Shown here piece by piece: positions 40,401 through 49,400 of a stretch of DNA of 64,000 bases. The stretch is taken from positions 1-64,000 of the IMG/VR virus record IMGVR_UViG_3300010162_000393; one strand, given 5' to 3'. Under the pieces are notes generated by a model, which was given only the letters and a program-made list of their open reading frames with translations, did not search any database and was not told the DNA's origin. The position numbers were made by a program, and so were the translations under genes. Source of the DNA: a virus. Lineage: Duplodnaviria > Caudoviricetes. How positions within the stretch are numbered: position 1 is the stretch's first letter; each line of letters starts with the position of its first letter.

Positions 40401-43400
40401 TTACCTGCCGGATTGACATTGAATGGTGCAACTGGTGTGATTAGTGGAACACCTACCGAATTTGGTGAATTTTTTGTTGAAGTAAAAGTAGAAAACCATT
40501 GTGGTGAAGAAACAAAAGAAATTGAAATATTTGTTTGTTCAAAACCAGCTGTTACAAGTGGTAGTAATATGAACTTTGTAATGGGTGAAGCTGGTTCAGC
40601 ACAATTAACTTCTTCTGGAACAGAAGGTGAATGGGAAATATTCGCAGGAGAATTACCAGCAGGTTTAGAATTAGACGAAGAAACCGGTTTGATTTACGGT
40701 AATCCAACCGTATTTGGTAACTTCGCTTTCACTGTTATGGTTGTTAATCCTTGCGGATCGGCAACTCAAGAAATTAACATGTTCATTTGCGGAAAACCTG
40801 CCGTTATAAGCGGTGATATGGAATTTGTAATGGGTGAAGAATCAGAAGAACAACTAATGTTCTCTGGTAGCAGACCCGGAACATGGTCAGTCGTAGAAGG
40901 TGATTTACCAGAAGGATTAACATTAGACGCTGAAACTGGTGTAATTAGTGGAACGCCTACTGAATTTGGAGATATTGTATTCACGGTTAAGGTTGAAAAT
41001 CCTTGCGGTGAAGCAACAAAAGAAATAACCGCCGTTGTTTGTGGAAAACCTGTCGTTACGAGTGGAACTAATATGACTTTTGTAATGAACGAACATAGTT
41101 CAGAACAATTAACTTCTTCCGGAACCGAAGGTATTTGGTCAATCGACGATGGTGAACTCCCAATGGGATTAATATTAGATCCTGAAACAGGTGTAATTAG
41201 TGGAACACCATTGGTATTCGGAAACTTTGTTTTCACAGTAAAAGTTGAAAATCCTTGTGGAGAAGCAACCGAAGAAATTAACATGTTCATTTGCGGAAAA
41301 CCAGCTGTTTTGAATAGTACACATCCTAATTTTGTAATGGGTGAAGAAAATGAATTGCAGTTATTATTCTCTGGTAGCAGACCAGGAACATGGTCAATTG
41401 AAGAAGGTGAATTACCAGAAGGGGTAACGTTGGATCCTGAAACAGGTATAATTAGTGGTATTCCTACTGAATTTGGTGACTTTGAATTTACTGTAAAAGT
41501 TGAGAATCCTTGCGGTGAAGCAACAAAAGACTTTGAAATGTTTGTTTGTGCTAAACCTGAAATTATAAGTCCAGACAAATATGATTCTGTATTCGATGAA
41601 GAAATATTATTTCAATTAGAAAATACAGGTACTGAAGGTATATGGGAAATTACAGAGGGTGAATTACCTCTCGGATTAGAATTAGATGAAGAAGGTTTGA
41701 TTGTTGGTACACCAAGAGTATTTGGACACTTCAAGTTCAAGGTAATGGTTGTTAATCCTTGTGGAGAAGACGAAATGGAAATTGATATGTTCATTTGTAA
41801 GCTACCTGAAATTGTAAGTGAAGAATTTGATTTTGTATTAGGCGAAGAAAGTTCTGAAGAATTAACATTTATCGGTAGCAGACCAGGATCTTGGTCAGTT
41901 GTTGAAGGTGATTTACCGGCTGGGTTGGTATTAGACTCGGTAGAAGGAACAATCAGCGGAACAGCAACTGAAAAGGGTGATTTTAATATTACGCTAAAAG
42001 TTATTAACCCTTGTGGTGAAGATACAAAAGAAATAAAAATATTTGTTTGTGAAGAACCGGAGGTTACAAGCGGAGGATACTTTGAATTTGTAATGGGTAA
42101 TGAAGTTGAATTGCAATTAGAACATACTGGAACAGATGGTGAATGGTCGCTTGTTGAAGGTGATTATTTACCAGAGGGTTTAGAATTAAATTCTGAAACC
42201 GGATTAATTAGTGGAATAGCAACAGAATTTGGTAATTTCTACTTCACAGTAAAATTAACTAATTATTGTGGCGAAGCATATAAGGTAATTCAGATATTTA
42301 TGTGCGGATTACCTGAAATCCTAACAGAGTCTATGGGGTTTGTAATGGGTGAAGAAGATGATCATCAAATAGTAGCAACAGGTAGTATGCCTGGAACATG
42401 GTCAATTATAGAAGGTGTATTGCCAAATAGTTTTGTATTAAATACGAGCACAGGTATTATAAGTGGGACACTAACCGAACATGGAGAATTTCCTATAACA
42501 GTTAAACTTGTTAATTCTTGTGGTGAAACAACAAAAGAAATTATTATAACGGTTTGTCAAACTCCAACTATTACAAGCGAAAATGATCTTGAATTTGTAA
42601 TGGGTGAAAGAGTAACATTCCAGTTAACAAATGACGGAACAGCAGGTGAATGGGAAATTATAGACGGTGAATTACCAGAAGGTTTGAGATTAAACCCTTT
42701 AACGGGTGTAATTAGCGGAAGAGCAAGAGAATTTGGTAACTTTACTTTTACAGTGAAAATTGATAACCATTGTGGTTCAGACACACAAGTAATAGAAATG
42801 TTTATGTGTGGATTACCGGTTATTTTACACGGTAATATGAATTTCCAAATAAACGAACCGGGTTCTGATACATTTATTGGTGACGGAACACCAGGTACAT
42901 GGTCTATAGTTGGTGGTGGTTTATTACCAACAGGGTTAACATTGAATCCAACAACAGGTGAAGTTAGTGGAACTCCAACAGTAGCAGGGCATTTTGAACT
43001 TGTCGTAAAACTTGAAAATGATTGTGGAAGTATAATGCGCGATGTTGTGATATTTGTTTGCGCACCACCTGAAATTATTGGTGAAATTGATGATTTCTAT
43101 GTAATGGGTAGCGAAATATCACAAGAATTTCAATTTAGTGGTAGCAGACCTGGAGAATGGAGTGTTGTAGGTGGTGACTTACCAGAAGGTGTAACATTTG
43201 ATCCTGAAACAGGTATTTTGAGTGGTATTCCAACTGAACATGGTGAATTTATATTCACTGTTAAAGTAGAAAATCCTTGCGGTGAAGCAACAAAAGAAAT
43301 AAATATATTTATATGTCTTGAACCGGAAATTATAACAGGAGGGCTTGAATTTGATTTTAACGAATATGGAGAATTTGAGTTAGAGGTTATTGGTTCAGAA

Positions 43401-46400
43401 GGGGCATGGTCAATAGTAGACGGTGATTTACCAATTGGTTTATCGTTGAATGAAGAAACCGGTGTGATTAGTGGAACACCAACCGAAAACGGAGTATTCC
43501 CAATAACTGTAAAATTTGAAAACGATTGCGGTAGTGATGAAACGGAAATATTAATTGTTATTTGTAAAGAGCCGGAAATCACAACTGAAGAAATGACACC
43601 ATCATTAAATAACCCATATTCCCAAAACATAGAATATACCGGTACGGAACCTCATACATGGGCAATAGTAGGCGGTGACTTACCATTGGGATTAGTATTG
43701 AATGAATTTACAGGTGAAATTAGCGGAACGCCATTAGAATTTGGAGATTTTATAATCACTGTTAAAGCAGAAAATGACTGCGGTGAAGATGAAAAAAGTA
43801 TTTTAATATCTGTGTGCGCCGCACCAACTGTTATAACCACCGGTCTTGAATTTGTGGTGGGTCAAGAAGGTTCAGAAGTGTTAGAATCTTTTGGAACACC
43901 AGGAACATGGTCAATAGAAGATGGTGATTTACCAGAGGGGTTGCTATTAGACCCAGATACTGGTGAAATTAGCGGAACACCTACTGATTTAGATGTGTTT
44001 GGTGAAATAAAAATAACAGTTAAGGTTGAAAATGATTGTGGTGATGACGAAAAAGAAATAACCTTATTCATTTGTAGAGAACCTGAAATCACAACAGAAG
44101 ATATGTATGCTTTCGTAGACGAAGAATTTTCAGAATTTATTGTTTATGAAGGTAGTGAACCACATTCGTGGGAAATAGTAGACGGAGATTTGCCTGATGG
44201 TTTAGATTTAGACCCTGAAACAGGTGAAATTAGTGGAACACCAACCGAGTTTGGAGATTTTATATTCACCGTAAAAGTAGAAAATTACTGCGGTGAAGAT
44301 GAAAAAGAAATTCATATGTTCGTATGTGCTCCACCAGAAATTGAAATAGAAGATGACGAATATGATGCCGTAATGGGAGAAGAGTTCTCAATGCAACTAA
44401 CCGCTTACGGAACAGGAGGTGAGTGGTCAATCGAAGATGGTGATTTACCGGAAGGATTGACCTTGAACTCTGAAACAGGTGAAATTAGTGGAACCCCAAC
44501 AGAGTTTGGGGTTTTTACTATCACTTTTAAAATAGAAAATAATTGTGGTGAACAAAATGTTGAAGTCACTATATATGTTTGTGGAGAACCGGAAATTTCA
44601 ACCGGACAATATATCCACCTTGTACAATTAGAAGAATTTGAATTACAATTAGAATTTACTGGTACTCAACCAGGAACATGGTCTGCCGTTAATTTACCAG
44701 ACGGATTAGTATTATCAGAAGATGGTTTATTAAGCGGAATACCAACAGGACATGAAGATGTTACATCACAAATAACTGTTACCAACGACTGCGGTACAGA
44801 CACAAAATCTTTTTTTTTTGATGTAGATGATGTTCATCGACTTATATTTGAAGTAAAAGATATAAGAACTGGTGATCATATACCTGACGCAACTGTTTTA
44901 TGTCCAGGTCTCGATGCGGTAGAAAATGTTGGATCGGGATTTTACATAACAATATTAAATGACGGTACATATACTTGGAGTGTATCAAAAGAGGGGTATT
45001 ACCCAAAGAGTGGAACGGTCATAGTAGAAGGAGATGAAGCGGAAGATATTCACGTATTGGTAGAGCTTCAACCATTAACACATGAAATTAAATTTATCGT
45101 TACAGATGAAGATAGCGGCGACCCGATTATTGGTGCAACCATTGATGTTGTAAATAAAGAAAGTGGTGATACTGTATCTTTAACAGATAACGGTGACGGA
45201 ACATATACTGCATTTATAATCAACGGTGAATATGATTATGATGTGTCAAAAGAAAAATATATCCCAGCAGACGGAGAATTTGAAATCGACCATGATGATG
45301 AAGTGGTTGAAGTACAACTTAAACTTGCTTGCGTAGTTCCAACTATTACAAGTGGAGATAGTATGTATTTCGTAATGGATGAAGAAGGTTTTGAACTCTT
45401 AGAATATACCGGAACAGAAGGAGAGTGGTCAATAGTTGAAGGTGATTTACCTGACGGATTAGATTTAGATCCTGAAACAGGTGAAGTTAGCGGAACGCCA
45501 ACCGAATATGGAAACTTTATATTCACAGCGAAAATAATAAATGAGTGTGGTGAAGATGAAATAGAAATTGATTTATTCGTTTGTGCACCAGAAACAGAAA
45601 TAATAAGCGATGATGAATATGAGATTGTAAGCGGATCGCCTGTTTCGATACAATTAACCACATCGGCAACATTGGGTACGTGGGAAATTGTAGATGGTGG
45701 TTTACCAGCAGGTTTAACGTTAAGTGAAACTGGTTTGATTAGCGGTACAGCAACTGAAATTGGTGAGTTTTGGTTCACAGTAAAAATGGAGGCACCATGT
45801 TGTGAAGACGAAATGGAAATTTATATGTTTGTCTGCGGAACACCAACTATTACAAGTAGTAATAATATGTACTTTGTAATGGGTGAAGAAGACGACTTTC
45901 AATTAACTGCTACCGGATCAGAAGGTCTTTGGTCTATATCAACAGGTTCATTACCATCTGGATTAACATTAGATGCTGGAACTGGTGAGATTAGCGGAAC
46001 ACCTACTGTATATGGTAACTTTACATTCACGGTTAAAATTGTAAATCCTTGTGGTGAAGCAACTCAAAACGTTAATATGAGCATTTGCGGTAAGCCTGAA
46101 ATTACAAGTGCTAATCTTGGATTTGTAATGGATGAAGTTGGAGCGCGACAATTACAATATGACGGTAGTAGACCAGGAACATGGGCAATTGTAGACGGTG
46201 ATTTACCTGCCGGATTAGCATTGAATGCTTCAACAGGTATAATTATTGGTGTACCAACCGAATTTGGGGTATTTGAAGTAACAGTAAAAGTTACCAATGT
46301 TTGTGATGAAGATACAAAAGAAATTATTATAACGGTTTGCGCATCGCCTGAAATTACAAATGAAAATACAATGGAATTCACAATAGGCGAATCAGGTTCT

Positions 46401-49400
46401 GAACAATTAACATCTTCTGGAACAGCGGGAACTTGGTCAATCGAAACAGGTACATTACCTGCCGGATTGACATTAAACGGAACAACCGGTGTAATTAGTG
46501 GAACACCTACCGAATTTGGTGATAGTTTCAAGTTCACGGTGAAAGTTACTAATCCTTGTGGTAGTGATACAATGGAGATTGATATGTTTGTTTGTGGAAA
46601 ACCAGAAGTTACAACTACCGAAATGGAATTTGTAATGGGGGAAGAGAAAACTGAACACTTAACATTCACAGGGACTACACCAGGAACATGGACAATCGAA
46701 GACGGTGATTTACCGGAAGGGTTGGAATTAGATGAAGAAACTGGTGAAATTAGCGGTACACCGACCGAATTTGGCGAATTTTCAATAAGTGTAAAGGTTG
46801 AAAACCATTGCGGTGACGATATAAAAGAAATTGATATAATAGTATGTGGAGAACCGGAAATTACAAGTAGTAATACTATGGAATTTACAATGGGTGAACC
46901 GGGTTCTGAACAATTAACACATACAGGAACAGAAGGTACATGGTCAATTGTTAGCGGAGAAAGCGATGGAAGTTTTGATGACGACTTTGATGATGACTTC
47001 GATATTGGAGAAGAAGCAAGTGAATTACCAGATGGATTATCATTAAATCCGGAAACCGGTGTTATCAGCGGAACCCCAACTGAATTTGGAAACTTTACAA
47101 TTACGGTTAAAGTTGAAAATGATTGCGGTGAAGATGAAATGGAGGTTGAAATAATAATATGTGGTAAACCGGGAATTATAAGTGACGAATTTGACATTGT
47201 AATGGGTGAACCAGAATCTATCTTATTATTACACGAAGGTAGTGCTCCCGGAACTTGGAATATAGAAGATGGTGATCTACCAGATGGTTTAACATTGAAC
47301 GAGGCAACTGGTGAGATTAGCGGAACAGCAAGTGAATTTGGGGTATTTTCATTCACGGTTAAAGTAGTTAATGCTTGTGGTAGTGATACAAAAGAAATAG
47401 AAATAACTGTTTGTGCGGAACCAGAAATTACAAGTGACGATACGACAGATTTTGTAATGGGAAAACCGGGTTCTAAACAATTAACATATTCAGGTACAGA
47501 AGGTATTTGGTCAATATCAAATGGTATATTACCAAATGGGTTGGCGTTGAATACCATAACAGGTTTAATTAGCGGCACACCTACCGAATTTGGTGATTTT
47601 TCAGTTACAGTAAGAATAGTAAATGATTGTAACGAAGATAGTCAAGTAATTAATATGTTTGTTTGTGGAGAACCAGAAATTACAAGCGACGATGAAATGT
47701 TTTTTGTAATGGATGAAGAAGGTTCTAAACAATTAACATATGTTGGTTCACCTGGTGTTTGGTCAATATCAAATGGTGATTTACCAGAAGGTTTAGATCT
47801 AAACGGAGAAACAGGTTTAATTAGCGGAACAGCGACTGAATTTGGTGAATTTATGTTCACTGTAAAAATAACAAACGACTGTGGGGAAGACGAAATGGAG
47901 ATCGAACTATTCGTTTGTGCAACAGATTCTGAAATAACAAGTGATAATGAGTATGAAATTGAAACCGGAAAAACTGTTTCAATACAATTAACTGCTTCTA
48001 AAACATTAGGTGAGTGGGTAATCGTAGATGGTGGATTACCTATTGGGCTGACATTAAATAAAGAAACCGGTTTGATTAGCGGAACAGCAACAGAATTTGG
48101 TGATTTCAAATTCACTGTAAAAATGGAAACAATTTGCGGTGAAGATGAAATGGAAATTGATATATTTGTTTGCGGTGCACCCGTTATTACAAGTGGTAAT
48201 AGTATGAGTTTCGTAATTGATGAACCCGGTTCTGAAACATTAACATACACAGGAACAGAAGGTACATGGTCAATATCAGTTGGTTCATTACCAAACGGTT
48301 TATCACTAAACACTACAACCGGAGTTGTTAGTGGAACGCCCACTGTATACGGTAACTTTATGTTTACGGTAAAAATAACAAATCCTTGTGGTGAGGCATC
48401 TAGAAATATTAATATGTTCATTTGCGGAACACCTGAAATAACAAGTGGTGATAACATGTTTTTCGTAATGGGCGAGTCCAGTTCAGAAACATTAACATTT
48501 GACGGTAGTAGACCTGGAACATGGGCAATAGAAGAAGGGATATTACCAGGTGGTTTATTGTTAAACGGAACAACTGGTGTGATTACTGGAACTCCGACAG
48601 AGTATGGAGATTATGTTTTCACGGTGAAAATTACAAACCCTTGTGGTTGGGCAACAAAACAAATTAATATGTTGGTGTGCACCGAACCAGAAATAACAAC
48701 AAGTATTAATGAATATGATGGTGTAAAAGGTAATCCTATTTCAATAGAATTAGAATCAATCGGAACAGACGGTGTTTGGTCAGTATCAGCGGGTAAATTA
48801 CCTACAGGATTATTGTTAGATGATGAAACCGGAATAATTAGCGGAACACCAACAGAATTTGGTGACTTCACATTTACAGTAAAAATTACTAACCCTTGTG
48901 GAGTAGATACATTAGAGATAGAATTATTTATTTGTGGTCCAGCGGAAATTATAACAGGTCAGTATTTCCATTTTATACAAGAAGAAGAGGTTGAAGAAAC
49001 ATTAGAGTTTGAAGGAACTCATCCCGGTGTTTGGACAGCAGAAGATTTACCAGAAGGATTAGTGTTGTCAGAAGAAGGTAAATTAAGTGGCTCCCCAACA
49101 GAATTTGGTGAATTTAGAACACAAATAACTGTTAACAATGATTGTGGTGGAGATACAAAAGAATTTTTATTTGAAATAGATGATATTCATCGAATTATAT
49201 TTGAAGTAAAAGATATAAGGACTGGTGATCATATACCTGATGCAACTGTTGTTTGCCCTGATTTAGAAATAGAAAACGTTGGTTATGGTTTTTATGTGAC
49301 AAAATTGGTTGACGGAACGTATGATTGGACAGTTTCAAAAGAAGGTTATTATACTGAAACAGGTACGGTTATTGTAGAAGGAGATGAAGCAGAAGATATT